DNA from: Myxococcales bacterium SG8_38
Lineage (GTDB): Bacteria > Myxococcota_A > Polyangia > Polyangiales > Houyiibacteriaceae
Length of the DNA stretch: 64,000 nucleotides
Direction: 5' to 3'
Assembly: GCA_001303415.1 (NCBI GenBank)
Contig: LJTN01000018.1
Coordinates: 108-64,107 of the forward strand
Shown: positions 1 to 9,625 of the stretch, one piece after another
Position numbering within the stretch: position 1 is the first letter of the stretch
How the letters are laid out: every line of letters begins with the position of its first letter
Made by a program: the position numbers and the translations under genes
Notes under the pieces: generated by a model
Told to the model about the DNA's origin: nothing
Database searches by the model: none
Seen by the model: the letters and a program-made list of their open reading frames with translations, nothing else

Positions 1-1
1 G

Positions 2-544
2 CACCAGCGCGGCCTGGCCTTCCTCGGCGACGACGACTTGACCAGCGCAGCCGTTCAACTCGCCGGGGCGCAGCGCAAGATCACCGTGCTCGACACCGAT
101 GCCGAGATTCTCGGAATCCTCTCTCGTCATGCTGCGGCGCTCGGATGGGAGCACGAGGTCGTCGAGCACGACCTGCGGCATCCCGTTCCTCGGAAGATGA
201 AGGGCCGTTTTGGCGCCGTCTTTACGGATCCGCCCTACGCGCTCGAAGGCTTCAATCTCTTCGTGAGCAGAGCGGTCGACCTGCTCAAACCGGACGGGCG
301 TCTCTATGTCTGCTTCGGTCAGAGTCGGCGAGCAAGCGAGCGTGGGCTGCAGAAGCAGCGTGTGTTGTGTGAAGCCGGCCTGCTGATCGAAGCCGTGTTC
401 GAGGACTTCAACGAGTACCAAGGAGCGGAATCCATCGGCTCCCGCAGCGCGCTGTGGCGATGTCGCGTGACGCCCGAGACGCGGCCCTTGATTCGGGGCG
501 AGGTCGAAGGGCCCCTCTACACCAGCCGTCCCTCGGGCTCCTAG
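2..544 (+). CDS. Branched-chain polyamine synthase (BpsA/DUF43)-like aminopropyl/methyltransferase, 5'-truncated by window edge
   Basis: Frame is open from nt 2: HQRGLAFLGDDDLTS... The GDDDLTS and FTDPPY motifs are characteristic of the BpsA family. Confidence 0.75.
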   Translation, partial: HQRGLAFLGDDDLTSAAVQLAGAQRKITVLDTDAEILGILSRHAAALGWEHEVVEHDLRHPVPRKMKGRFGAVFTDPPYALEGFNLFVSRAVDLLKPDGRLYVCFGQSRRASERGLQKQRVLCEAGLLIEAVFEDFNEYQGAESIGSRSALWRCRVTPETRPLIRGEVEGPLYTSRPSGS

Positions 545-1473
545 CTCTGGGCCGCGACGATTTCATCGCACCAGGCGATGAAGTCCTTGGTGACTTCTTG
601 CCGATTGGTTTCGTTCAGCATCTCGTGCCGGCCCTCGGGGTAGAGCTTGAGCCGAACGTCGAAAATCGCCGCGCGCTTGTACGCGTCGTGAAGACGTTTC
701 ATTCCCTTGCCGAAATCGCCCACCGGATCCCTATCACCGGCGAACAGATAAAGGGGCTTGTCCTTTGGAACCTTCGCCACGTTGCTCGGGTTGGCGATTC
801 GATCGAGAGCCCCCAGCATGTCGATCCAGACCTGGGTTGACACCGCGAATCCACAAAGAGGGTCCGCCACGTACTTGTCGACTTCGTCCGGGTCGCGCGA
901 CAACCAATCGAACTCGGTACGAGTCGGAGCAAACGCCTTGTTGTACTCGCCGAAGGTGAGACGCTGAAGGATGGGGCTCGGTTTGCGCTTGCCCACGCGG
1001 ACCCGCTCGATCCTGGCCACGACTTTGCCGAGCGCCGCGATGGGAGGAGGCTTCCCATTGGATGACGACAGGGCCGCGGCGATCATGTCCGCCGGATGCT
1101 CGAACAAGAGCTGCTGCAAGACGAAAGAGCCCATCGAATGGCCCAGCACGATGATCGGCACACGCGGATGGCGTTTGGCGATCTCGCGGTTGACTCCGTG
1201 GGCATCCTCGACGATGCGATTCCAACCGTCGTTGTCCGCCATGTGGCCCGGCGGCATGCCCTCCGCGATGCTCCGGCCGTGGCCCCGGTGGTCGTGCGCG
1301 TAGGCGCTGTAGCCGGCCGTCGCGAGCGCTTGGGCCAAACGCTCATAGCGTGCCCCATGCTCGGCCATGCCATGAAGCACCTGCACGATGGCCTTGGGTT
1401 GATCGACCAGCCAGCCGCGAACGAATAGGTTTGCCCCATCCACGGTTTGAAACGTGAAATCCACCGCCTTCAT
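541..1473 (-). CDS. Alpha/beta hydrolase, lysophospholipase/monoacylglycerol lipase type
   Basis: HGMAEH, DHRGHG, GHSMG nucleophile elbow, GRHEMLNE. Confidence 0.9.
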   Translation of the reverse strand: MKAVDFTFQTVDGANLFVRGWLVDQPKAIVQVLHGMAEHGARYERLAQALATAGYSAYAHDHRGHGRSIAEGMPPGHMADNDGWNRIVEDAHGVNREIAKRHPRVPIIVLGHSMGSFVLQQLLFEHPADMIAAALSSSNGKPPPIAALGKVVARIERVRVGKRKPSPILQRLTFGEYNKAFAPTRTEFDWLSRDPDEVDKYVADPLCGFAVSTQVWIDMLGALDRIANPSNVAKVPKDKPLYLFAGDRDPVGDFGKGMKRLHDAYKRAAIFDVRLKLYPEGRHEMLNETNRQEVTKDFIAWCDEIVAAQS

Positions 1474-1509
1474 AGGGGCCGAGCATACTCGAAATGGCCC
1501 AGCGCGCCT

Positions 1510-2301
1510 CTAATCGAGCCGCAGGAAGCGGCTCCACAGCTCGAGGCCTCTGTCACTATACCTTTGGAGGATTTCGATCATCCCAGAGCGCTTGTCTTCG
1601 TCGATCAACGGATGCGGAAGAAGAGGGTCGAGCACTACCTGACGGATGCCCGCCCGGCCCATCAGGAAGGACTCGCGCACCGAATCGTCGAGCGGGAGCT
1701 CTTCCAAGCGATTCATGCTGAGCGCGAGCCGTCCGTGCAGCTCCGCGTAGGTCTGCTCCAGTCGAGTCCCGTCCCAAAGGCTTCGTGCTCGGCGGTCTTC
1801 CGCGGGTTCGAGGTCGTCGAGCCGAAATACCGAGGCATCGGCGTCGAGGCCCAGCGCTTCGAGCTCTTCGCGTATGCCTTCGATTCCCGGCGTCAGGTTG
1901 TTCGGCCTGACGAAAAGGCCGGGCTTCAGCTCCTCGAAGCCGAGGTAGCGCAGCGCGCGAAGCCTGCGGCGGAGCGCAGGCCGGTCCGTCCGAGACAAGT
2001 CCGCGGTGAACACGGCGACCCAAGACCCATCCCAATCGCCAAGCCGCTGCGAGACGTTCCGCCAGCCATGGATCTTCTCGTTTACCACCTTCGCGCTGGG
2101 CCCGAGGCGGTATTCCCCCCGGCGCGGCGACTCGATCAGGCCTTCGCTCCGAAGCCGCACGATCGCAACCCGAACGCTGTTCTCGGCGATGTCGAACACG
2201 GATGCGGCCTGCACCAGCGAGCGGACCGGCAAGGTGCTCCCGTAGATCGACTGCCCCGCGGAAAGGACCTCGAGCACGACCGCCTTGGCGCTTACGTTCA
2301 T
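1510..2301 (-). CDS. PaaX-family transcriptional regulator
   Basis: N-terminal wHTH (IAENSVRVAIVRL..GLIE..RRGEYRL), WDGSW, and C-terminal DPLLP motif typical of PaaX. Confidence 0.85.
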   Translation of the reverse strand: MNVSAKAVVLEVLSAGQSIYGSTLPVRSLVQAASVFDIAENSVRVAIVRLRSEGLIESPRRGEYRLGPSAKVVNEKIHGWRNVSQRLGDWDGSWVAVFTADLSRTDRPALRRRLRALRYLGFEELKPGLFVRPNNLTPGIEGIREELEALGLDADASVFRLDDLEPAEDRRARSLWDGTRLEQTYAELHGRLALSMNRLEELPLDDSVRESFLMGRAGIRQVVLDPLLPHPLIDEDKRSGMIEILQRYSDRGLELWSRFLRLD

Positions 2302-2347
2302 CGGGACGAAGATTACAGAAAAAAGGGAACTGTTCTAGCCGGCGTAA

Positions 2348-2361
2348 TAGAACGTGTTCCA
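2348..2361. promoter_or_regulatory. Palindromic operator TAGAACGTGTTCCA (fits TnnAACnnGTTnnA, KstR-type consensus)
   Basis: Lies in the divergent paaX/pdxJ intergenic region; a 13/14-identical copy lies at 10092-10105. Confidence 0.55.
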
Positions 2362-2432
2362 CTCCGGCAAGCCCAGGCTTGCTCCTACCGGCTGCTGACA
2401 CCGCAGAAGTCGAGCGCTAATACTGGGCCGCG

Positions 2433-3173
2433 ATGCCTCGGCTCAGTGTCAACGTCAACAAGGTCGCAACGCTTCGGAACTCACGAGGCGGGACGGTCCC
2501 GAGCGTGGTGGAGGCGGTGCGCGTTTGCGTGGAGGCCGGAGCGCCGGGAATCACCGTGCATCCTCGCGCCGACCAACGACACATTCGGCCTGCCGACGTC
2601 TTCGACATCGCCGCGGTGCTCGAGCCCGTGCGGGATCGGGTGGAGTACAACATCGAGGGCGACCCGAGGCCCGACTTGGTCGATCTGGTCGAACGGATAA
2701 GACCCGACCAGTGCACGCTGGTGCCGGTTCGCCCCGGCGAGCTCACCAGCGAGGCTGGCTGGCCCGCAAGCACTCCCAAGGAGCAGCTAGCCGAGATCAT
2801 CGCGCGCCTTCGGGAGCGCGGCGTTCGGGTGAGCGTGTTCGTCGATCCGGAGCCGGGGCCCATCGACTGGGCCGCCGAGCTCGGCGCCGACCGGGTCGAG
2901 CTCTACACCGAACCCTACGCGCGTGCGTTCGAAAGAGGCGGAGAGCTGCTCGAGCGATCGCTACACCGTTATCGCGCTGCCGCCGAGCGCGCATCGACCA
3001 ACGGCCTCGGAGTCAACGCGGGCCATGATCTCGACTTGGCAAACCTTCCCACGTTCCTCAGCGTGCCCCACGTCGACGAGGTTTCGATCGGGCACGCGTT
3101 GATCGCGCGGGCTCTGTTCGTGGGACTCGGCGCGGTAGTCGAGGAATACTTGCGGATTACCGCTTTCCGTTGA
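2433..3173 (+). CDS. pdxJ: Pyridoxine 5'-phosphate synthase
   Basis: LSVNVNKVATLRNSRG, GITVHPRADQRHI, VELYT, VNAGHDL, EVSIGHA motifs. Confidence 0.97.
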   Translation: MPRLSVNVNKVATLRNSRGGTVPSVVEAVRVCVEAGAPGITVHPRADQRHIRPADVFDIAAVLEPVRDRVEYNIEGDPRPDLVDLVERIRPDQCTLVPVRPGELTSEAGWPASTPKEQLAEIIARLRERGVRVSVFVDPEPGPIDWAAELGADRVELYTEPYARAFERGGELLERSLHRYRAAAERASTNGLGVNAGHDLDLANLPTFLSVPHVDEVSIGHALIARALFVGLGAVVEEYLRITAFR

Positions 3174-3206
3174 CTTGAGGAACCAGTTTTCTAGAGTGCC
3201 CACCCA

Positions 3207-4217
3207 ATGGCCGAACGAACCCACGGCAACCCTGTGACCGCCGTTCTGAGCGGGGTGCTCGATCAACGAAACAAGGATCCGAAGGTCACGCCCGTGGGGC
3301 CTGAGACGCGGCTCGAGGGACGCACCTGCCTAGTCACAGGCGCCAACAGCGGGCTCGGCAAAGGCATCGCCATTCGCCTCGCCAAGCGCGGCGCGCGCGT
3401 GATCATGGCGTGCCGAAGCGGCATTCCGGAGGCGGGGCAAGAGGTGCGCGCCGCGAGCGGGAACGACGCGGTCGAGATGATCCGTGTGGACCTGAGCGAC
3501 TTCGACTCGATCCAGACTTTCTGCGACGAGCTCCGCGACAGAAAGGTCACGCTGGATGCAGCGATCTTCAATGCAGGGGTCGTCCCCGCCACCTCCCGCA
3601 CGAACAAGCACGGGCTCGATCTCATGTTCGCGGTGAACTTTCTGGCCAAGTTCGTCGTGCTCGACAGGCTGCTCCGTGATGGCGTCATCCCGAACGCCGT
3701 CTTCGGTCACAATCCGAGGCCCGGCAATCCGCCGCGAATCATATTCGTCTCTTCGGAGACGCATCGGAGCTCGATCCCGATAGACTTCGAACGCTTTGGC
3801 GTGCCAATCCAGTATGGCGTTGCAGACGGCGTGAAGTACTACGGTCTCAGCAAGCTGCACCTGACCACGTACTTTCACGAGCTGTCTAGGCGCCTCAACC
3901 CGGGAGGTGGGACCAATCCCGACGTCTGCGTGCACGCGTTGTGTCCCGGTGCGGTAAACTCCAACATGGCCCGCGAGGCCCCCGCCTGGTTGAAGCCGAT
4001 CCTCAAGCCCGTAATGACAGTGTTCTTTCAGAGTCCGGAGAAAGCTTCCATTCCAGTCGACTATCTGGTGGCATCCGACGAGATGGGAAGAAAGACGGGG
4101 GTCTACATGCACATGATGCGGATCAAGGAGTCATCCGATGCTTCGAAAGACCCGGGCAAGGGCGCTCTGCTGTGGACCAAGACCGAAGAGCTTTTGCGTG
4201 CGCACGGCGTGACTTGA
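3207..4217 (+). CDS. Short-chain dehydrogenase/reductase (retinol dehydrogenase-like)
   Basis: TGANSGLG, NAG, VSS, YGLSK. Confidence 0.9.
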   Translation: MAERTHGNPVTAVLSGVLDQRNKDPKVTPVGPETRLEGRTCLVTGANSGLGKGIAIRLAKRGARVIMACRSGIPEAGQEVRAASGNDAVEMIRVDLSDFDSIQTFCDELRDRKVTLDAAIFNAGVVPATSRTNKHGLDLMFAVNFLAKFVVLDRLLRDGVIPNAVFGHNPRPGNPPRIIFVSSETHRSSIPIDFERFGVPIQYGVADGVKYYGLSKLHLTTYFHELSRRLNPGGGTNPDVCVHALCPGAVNSNMAREAPAWLKPILKPVMTVFFQSPEKASIPVDYLVASDEMGRKTGVYMHMMRIKESSDASKDPGKGALLWTKTEELLRAHGVT

Positions 4218-4226
4218 GGAAACCAA

Positions 4227-5327
4227 ATGAGTGATGATCTGATCAAGAAAGAGCGCGAGATCGTGGACGGGACGGTGTGGAACCAGTTCTGCGACACGCT
4301 GAAGATGGCAGGCAACGTGGTGATGGGACCCAACGCGCCGAGCGACCCGATGAATCGCATGGAAGGGTTTCGATACTTGAGCCGAATCACACGTGCGGCG
4401 TTGCAAACCTTCGTCGAGCACAACGACCCAATGGCGCCCGTGTTGCAGCGAGTGGTTCACGAAACTGCGAAGATGGGCGCTGATCACCCCGACAACTACT
4501 ACCAGAACGCAGCGATCAGCGGCGAGCACGAGTATCGAATCTGGGGTGACCGGGGCACGGTTCACTACCTCGGGTTCTTCACGCAAAAGGGAAACTACGG
4601 ACAGGGCCGTGGGATGCCGCCCACCGGTTACCTCGAAGCCTCGGAGATGCACATCGAGCCGGACGGGACCTTCGAGATCATCGTCAGCACCGAAGAAAAG
4701 CCTGGGAACTGGCTGCCCATGGAAAAGGATACGGGCACCCTAATCGTCCGGCAGACGCGGTTGGATCGGGAAAACGAAACGATCGCCGATCTGCACATCG
4801 AGCGAATCGGTGGAGATGGGATGCCGTCGTCGTTCGACCCCGTGAAGTGCGCGGAGGGGCTGACCATGGCGGCCGGGCTCGTCGCGGGTGCATCGATGTT
4901 GTTCGCGAGTTGGGCCGAAGGGTTCAAACAGCACACCAACAAGCTTCCGCGGTTCGATCAGAACGTGTCCAACATGGCAGGCGGCGTGCCCGACATCGCC
5001 TACTATCACAGCTACTGGAAGCTCGCGCCGGATGAGGCGCTCGTCATCGAGGCCACCCCGCCCAAGTGCGAGCACTGGAATTTTCAGCTCAACAACTACT
5101 GGATGGAATCGCTCGACTATCGGTACTACTCGGTGCACGTGAACAAGCACACCGCGAAGTACCGTCCCGACGGGTCCGTGCAGGTCGTGGTGGCCGCACG
5201 CAACAAAGGTTTCGACAACTGGATCGACACGGTAGGCCACGAGGAAGGCACGATGTGCTGGCGTTGGGTTCGCGCAGACGAGCATCCCGAGCCGCAGACG
5301 CGCGTGGTCAAGCTGTCCGATCTCTGA
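4227..5327 (+). CDS. DUF1214-domain protein
   Basis: DHPDNYY, IVRQT, YWKLAPDEALVI, NYWMESLDY, NWIDTVGH pattern of the actinobacterial-type DUF1214 family, usually found next to sulfotransferases. Confidence 0.8.
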   Translation: MSDDLIKKEREIVDGTVWNQFCDTLKMAGNVVMGPNAPSDPMNRMEGFRYLSRITRAALQTFVEHNDPMAPVLQRVVHETAKMGADHPDNYYQNAAISGEHEYRIWGDRGTVHYLGFFTQKGNYGQGRGMPPTGYLEASEMHIEPDGTFEIIVSTEEKPGNWLPMEKDTGTLIVRQTRLDRENETIADLHIERIGGDGMPSSFDPVKCAEGLTMAAGLVAGASMLFASWAEGFKQHTNKLPRFDQNVSNMAGGVPDIAYYHSYWKLAPDEALVIEATPPKCEHWNFQLNNYWMESLDYRYYSVHVNKHTAKYRPDGSVQVVVAARNKGFDNWIDTVGHEEGTMCWRWVRADEHPEPQTRVVKLSDL

Positions 5328-5335
5328 GGCCGCCG

Positions 5336-6604
5336 ATGGCTTCGGCGGAGCTCACCGGCGCGTTTGATCCACCCTATCGACCGAGGGCAATTGCCATCGC
5401 AAACCGGGTGGGGCGGCTCTTGTCGGGAGTTGGCGTGGGCGGTCGACCGATCACGCTTGGCGGCATGCTCTCGCAGGCGCGCCACAAGACGGGGCTCCGG
5501 GACTTCGGCGACGAAGCGTTCCTCGAGCCGTTGGAAGTGCTCATCGACTCGATTAATCGCGAAGCGGCGCTCAATCCCGTCGGTCACATGATCATCCGCA
5601 GCCGCATCGTCGGCGTGTTGGCCAACAAGCTCGTCGCCGAGGACACGATCAAGCGCCATCCGGAGATTCTCGACATACCCGTCGAAGCACCGGTCGTCGT
5701 GGCGGGCCTGGCGCGCACGGGAACCACGATGCTGCATCGTCTGATCGCGCGTGACCCCGCCATCCGTTCACTTGCATCGTGGGAGGCGATCAACCCGGCG
5801 CCCCAGAAGCGCAAGCCTTGGCAGCGAAAGGATCCACGTTTCGCGCAAGCAGCTGCCGCGGCGCGAGGGCTTCGGTACATGTCGCCTGGCTTCTTCGCGA
5901 TTCATCCGGCCGAGGCCAGTGCGCCGGAAGAGGAGGTGATCCTTCTCGAGCAGTCCTTCCTCACGACGACTCCCGAAGCCATGATGAACGTGCCGACGTA
6001 TTCCACGTGGCTGGAACGGCAGGACCACGTGCCCGCCTACGAGGCGTTGAAGCGCATGATGCAGTACCTCCAATGGCAGCGTCCCGGCATCGGCAAGCCG
6101 GTTCGGTGGGTATTGAAGACACCGCACCACCAAGAGTATTTCGATCCATTGCTGGAGGTGTTTCCGGGCGCGACCATCGTGCACACGCATCGCGACCCGC
6201 TCAAGACCAGTCCGTCGCTATTCAGCATGCTCACGCACCTTCAGCTGATCTTCAGCGATGAGGTCGACCCCCATCGGGTGGCACGCCATTGGCTGTACAG
6301 GATCGAGAACATGGCCAGTCGCGCCATGGCGACCCGAGAGCGGGTGGGGGACCGAGGCTTCGTCGATGTTTCGTACTACGATCTAGTGGCGGATCCGATG
6401 CCGGAGATTGCGCGGATCTATGATGCCGCAGGCCTGACGCTCACCCCCGAGGCCAAGGACGCAATGGAAGCCTCGAGAAAGGTGGACAAGCAGCACAAGT
6501 ACGGCCGGCACCGATACTCGCTCGCCGACTTCGGGATGAGCGAGGACGACATCGAGTCCCGCATGGCCCGCTACCGGATCCGCTTCGACGTCCCATACGA
6601 GTGA
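5336..6604 (+). CDS. Sulfotransferase family protein
   Basis: GLARTGTTMLH (5'-PSB loop), WVLKTPHH, HTHRDP; ATG at 5336, 8 nt after the DUF1214 stop. Confidence 0.9.
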   Translation: MASAELTGAFDPPYRPRAIAIANRVGRLLSGVGVGGRPITLGGMLSQARHKTGLRDFGDEAFLEPLEVLIDSINREAALNPVGHMIIRSRIVGVLANKLVAEDTIKRHPEILDIPVEAPVVVAGLARTGTTMLHRLIARDPAIRSLASWEAINPAPQKRKPWQRKDPRFAQAAAAARGLRYMSPGFFAIHPAEASAPEEEVILLEQSFLTTTPEAMMNVPTYSTWLERQDHVPAYEALKRMMQYLQWQRPGIGKPVRWVLKTPHHQEYFDPLLEVFPGATIVHTHRDPLKTSPSLFSMLTHLQLIFSDEVDPHRVARHWLYRIENMASRAMATRERVGDRGFVDVSYYDLVADPMPEIARIYDAAGLTLTPEAKDAMEASRKVDKQHKYGRHRYSLADFGMSEDDIESRMARYRIRFDVPYE

Positions 6605-6645
6605 AAATCGCCACCACCACGTCGGTCTGGCATTAGGATGCGCGC

Positions 6646-7917
6646 ATGGACGGGGTTGGGGCGCGGTTGATCTCGCTGGTCGGCCTTCTCGCGATGGTAG
6701 GCGTGGCGTGGCTGCTTTCGGAGCACAGGCGCCACGTGCCTTGGAGGTTGGTGGGTTGGGGCATCGGCCTACAGCTCTCGTTTGGCGTGCTCGTGATGAA
6801 GACCGACTTGGGGCTGGCTCTCTTTTCGGTGCTCAACGATCTGGTTCTGGCGCTCCTCGGATTCACTGCGAAAGGAACCCAGTTCGTCTTTGGCGATTTC
6901 GCATCCGAGACGTTCACCATCGCCATCAACGTGCTGCCAACGCTAATCTTCTTCTCGTCGTTGATGACGATTCTCTACCACCTCGGCATCATGCAACGTT
7001 TCGTCAACGCGTTCTCGTGGCTGATGCGCCGAACGATGCGCACCTCCGGGCCCGAGACGCTCTGTGTGGCGGCCAACACGTTCGTGGGCCAGACCGAGGC
7101 GCCACTCATGATTGCGCCGTTCATCCGCACGATGAGCATGTCCGAGCTGATGGCCGTCATGACCGGCGGGTTCGCTACCGTCGCCGGCGGGGTGCTCGCT
7201 GCCTATGTAGGTCTGCTCGAATCGGTCGTTCCCAACATCGCCGGCCATCTGATCGCAGCAAGCGTGATGAGCGCGCCCGCTGCGTTGGTCATCGCAAAGG
7301 TCATGTGGCCAGAGACTCGAGCATCGGACGGGCCGAGTCAGGTGGTCGAGGTAGGCCGCGAGGACGTGAACGTAATCGACGCCGCCGCGAGGGGCGCGAC
7401 CGGAGGCATGAAGCTCGCGCTCAACGTCGGTGCCATGCTGCTTGCGTTCATTGCGTTGATCGCGTTGACGAATGCGCTCCTCGGCTTGCCATTCCAGCTC
7501 TACAACGATTGGATGGGGCTGCGAGGGGCGGCCGCGGTGGAGCCATGGACGCTCCAGCAGATCCTCGGTTGGATCTTCTGGCCTTTTGCCTTCTTGATCG
7601 GGGTTCCCTCTGCCGAATGCGCGCAAGTAGGGACCTTGCTCGGAGAGAAGCTCGTTCTCACCGAGTTCGTCGCCTATCTTCACCTTCACCAGGTCCTCTC
7701 GGACGGCACCTCGGCGCTTTCGCCACGCACCGTGGTGATTGCGAGCTACGCCTTGTGTGGTTTTGCCAACTTCGGCTCGATTGGGGTTCAGCTCGGTGGG
7801 ATCGGCGCCATCGCGCCCGATCGCCGCCACGATCTGGCAAAGCTGGGGCTGCGTGCGATGGTCGGTGGAATGCTCGCTTCGCTGATGACTGCCGCAGTGG
7901 CGGGGATTCTCGTGTAG
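6646..7917 (+). CDS. NupC/CNT-family concentrative nucleoside transporter
   Basis: GQTEAPL, GGFATVAGGV, LCGFANFGS, LGLRA motifs; multiple TM helices. Confidence 0.93.
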   Translation: MDGVGARLISLVGLLAMVGVAWLLSEHRRHVPWRLVGWGIGLQLSFGVLVMKTDLGLALFSVLNDLVLALLGFTAKGTQFVFGDFASETFTIAINVLPTLIFFSSLMTILYHLGIMQRFVNAFSWLMRRTMRTSGPETLCVAANTFVGQTEAPLMIAPFIRTMSMSELMAVMTGGFATVAGGVLAAYVGLLESVVPNIAGHLIAASVMSAPAALVIAKVMWPETRASDGPSQVVEVGREDVNVIDAAARGATGGMKLALNVGAMLLAFIALIALTNALLGLPFQLYNDWMGLRGAAAVEPWTLQQILGWIFWPFAFLIGVPSAECAQVGTLLGEKLVLTEFVAYLHLHQVLSDGTSALSPRTVVIASYALCGFANFGSIGVQLGGIGAIAPDRRHDLAKLGLRAMVGGMLASLMTAAVAGILV

Positions 7918-7965
7918 GGCGCGCGGCGGCGGCGACGGGCATCGGCGCCACGGACGGCGTCTCTC

Positions 7966-8415
7966 TTACTCGAGGCGGGCCAGCTCTTCGTCGAGGCGGG
8001 CGTTCAGAGCGTCTTCGGCGTCCGGGCTGGGGCTTGCACGCGTTGCGCCGGCGCGCTTCCTGACCCTTCGCGCCATCACGACGAACCACAACGTCGACAA
8101 CGCGACTGCAAGCATTGGGATGATCCAGCCCCACTTGACGGGGGGGATGGTCAAGTCGAAGCCAGGCACCCTGTCTTGAAGTCGATTGCGGATCTCGGCT
8201 TCCGGCACACCCTCGGCCACCCACTCGTTGATGTCCTGCCGCCACTCCGCGGCTTTCGGGCTCGGACACGAATCGAGCGTCTTGCCTGGACAAAACGGGC
8301 TGGCGGTGTTGCGCACGATGGTCTGCACCTGCCGGCTTTCGCTGGGACTGTCTTGCGTGGGCTCGGCCGCGCATCCCAAAAGAAGCATGACCGCGGCTGC
8401 TGCGAGACGGCTCAT
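7966..8415 (-). CDS. CcmH/NrfF-like cytochrome c biogenesis lipoprotein with atypical Cys spacing
   Basis: Lipobox LLGC, SPFCPGKTLDSCPS, helical domain, one TM segment, C-terminal RLDEEL. Confidence 0.65.
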   Translation of the reverse strand: MSRLAAAAVMLLLGCAAEPTQDSPSESRQVQTIVRNTASPFCPGKTLDSCPSPKAAEWRQDINEWVAEGVPEAEIRNRLQDRVPGFDLTIPPVKWGWIIPMLAVALSTLWFVVMARRVRKRAGATRASPSPDAEDALNARLDEELARLE

Positions 8416-8482
8416 TTCAGGAGCTTAAGCACGCCGACGCCGATGCAACAGGCGACAAATTGTCGCGTCCGGAGCGCCGCGG

Positions 8483-9625
8483 TCAGACCTTGCAAATCAC
8501 CGACGATCCGTGCCCGAAGAGGCCCTGATTCACGGTCACGCCGGCCTTGGCTCCCTCTACTTGGCGCGCTCCGGCTCGTCCCCGCAGCTGCCACGTGAGC
8601 TCGCAGACCTGGGCGATCGCTTGCGCGGGCACGGCCTCGCCAAAGCAAGACAGGGCGCCACTCGGGGTCACCGCGGCATCGCCCGGGGGGCACAGGCCGA
8701 TCTGCTCGTACCAGTCGAGCTCGAGCGCCGTCGACAGATCGTACACCTCGGCGAGATGCATGTCCTCGGGGCCGAGGCCTGATTCCTCGTAGGCGGCGTG
8801 CGCGATCGATTCCTTGAAGCCGCGTTCGGGCAAAGTCGCTCCGGCCTTCGAATCCGTCGAGAGGTTCGGCATCTCGATGATCGTATTCGGGTAGACCGGC
8901 GTGACCGTGGATACCGCAGCGATCCGCACGGGATTGGTCGCATGCTTGCGCGCGAAGTCCATGCTCGACAGCACGAGCGCTGCAGCTCCATCGCTGGTTG
9001 CACAAATGTCGAGGAGATGGAGCGGATCGGCCACCAAGGCCGAGCCGAGCACTTCGTCGAGCGTCACCTCTTTTCGGTATCTCGCGTTCGGGTTGTGCAG
9101 CCCGTGACGGGCGTTCTTCACCTTCACCGCAGCGAAATCCTCTTGCGTCGCGCCGTATTCGTCCATGCGCCGCCGGGCGTACAGGCCGAAATAGGTGGGG
9201 TTGGTGATCCCCTGCAGGTGGAAACGAAGCCAGTCGGGGTCATCGGGGCGCCGGCCGCCGGTCGGCGCAAAAAAGCCTCTGGGCGCTGCATCGGCGCCAA
9301 CCACGAGCGCGACGTCGCAAAGGCCCGCCAAGATGTGCGCCCTCGCCACGCCGATGGCCTGTGCGCCCGTGGCGCAGGCTCCGTACGAGCTCGAGACCTT
9401 CGCACCCGACCAACCAAGCGCTTGCGCGAACGTTGCTCCCGAGACGAAGCCGGGATATCCGTTGCGGATCGTGTCGCCGCCGGCGACCAGCTGGATGTCC
9501 TTCCATTGCAGGCCTGCATCCCTCAATGCATCGCGGGCTGCTGCAACTCCGTAGCCGACGAAGCTCTGGCCCCACTTGCCCCACGGATGCATGCCCAGGC
9601 CTAACACGGCGACGTCCTTGCTCAT
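8483..9625 (-). CDS. Thiolase-like lipid-transfer protein (SCP-x/Ltp type)
   Basis: GMHPWGKW, ACATG, ICATSDGAAA, AEVYDLS, CFGEAVPAQA, NQGLFG. Appears to lack about 15 aa near the C-terminus. Confidence 0.9.
   Translation of the reverse strand: MSKDVAVLGLGMHPWGKWGQSFVGYGVAAARDALRDAGLQWKDIQLVAGGDTIRNGYPGFVSGATFAQALGWSGAKVSSSYGACATGAQAIGVARAHILAGLCDVALVVGADAAPRGFFAPTGGRRPDDPDWLRFHLQGITNPTYFGLYARRRMDEYGATQEDFAAVKVKNARHGLHNPNARYRKEVTLDEVLGSALVADPLHLLDICATSDGAAALVLSSMDFARKHATNPVRIAAVSTVTPVYPNTIIEMPNLSTDSKAGATLPERGFKESIAHAAYEESGLGPEDMHLAEVYDLSTALELDWYEQIGLCPPGDAAVTPSGALSCFGEAVPAQAIAQVCELTWQLRGRAGARQVEGAKAGVTVNQGLFGHGSSVICKV

Noticed and set aside
1447-2700. Long alternative-frame ORFs (also 43930-45408, 47780-49126, 49737-51149, 56237-57514)
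   Set aside because: Antisense or shifted shadows of well-supported genes, expected at high GC; no recognisable motifs.
3178-3194. Possible third KstR-like box upstream of the SDR (GGAACCAGTTTTCTA)
   Set aside because: Only the AACnnGTT core matches; the flanking T/A positions do not.
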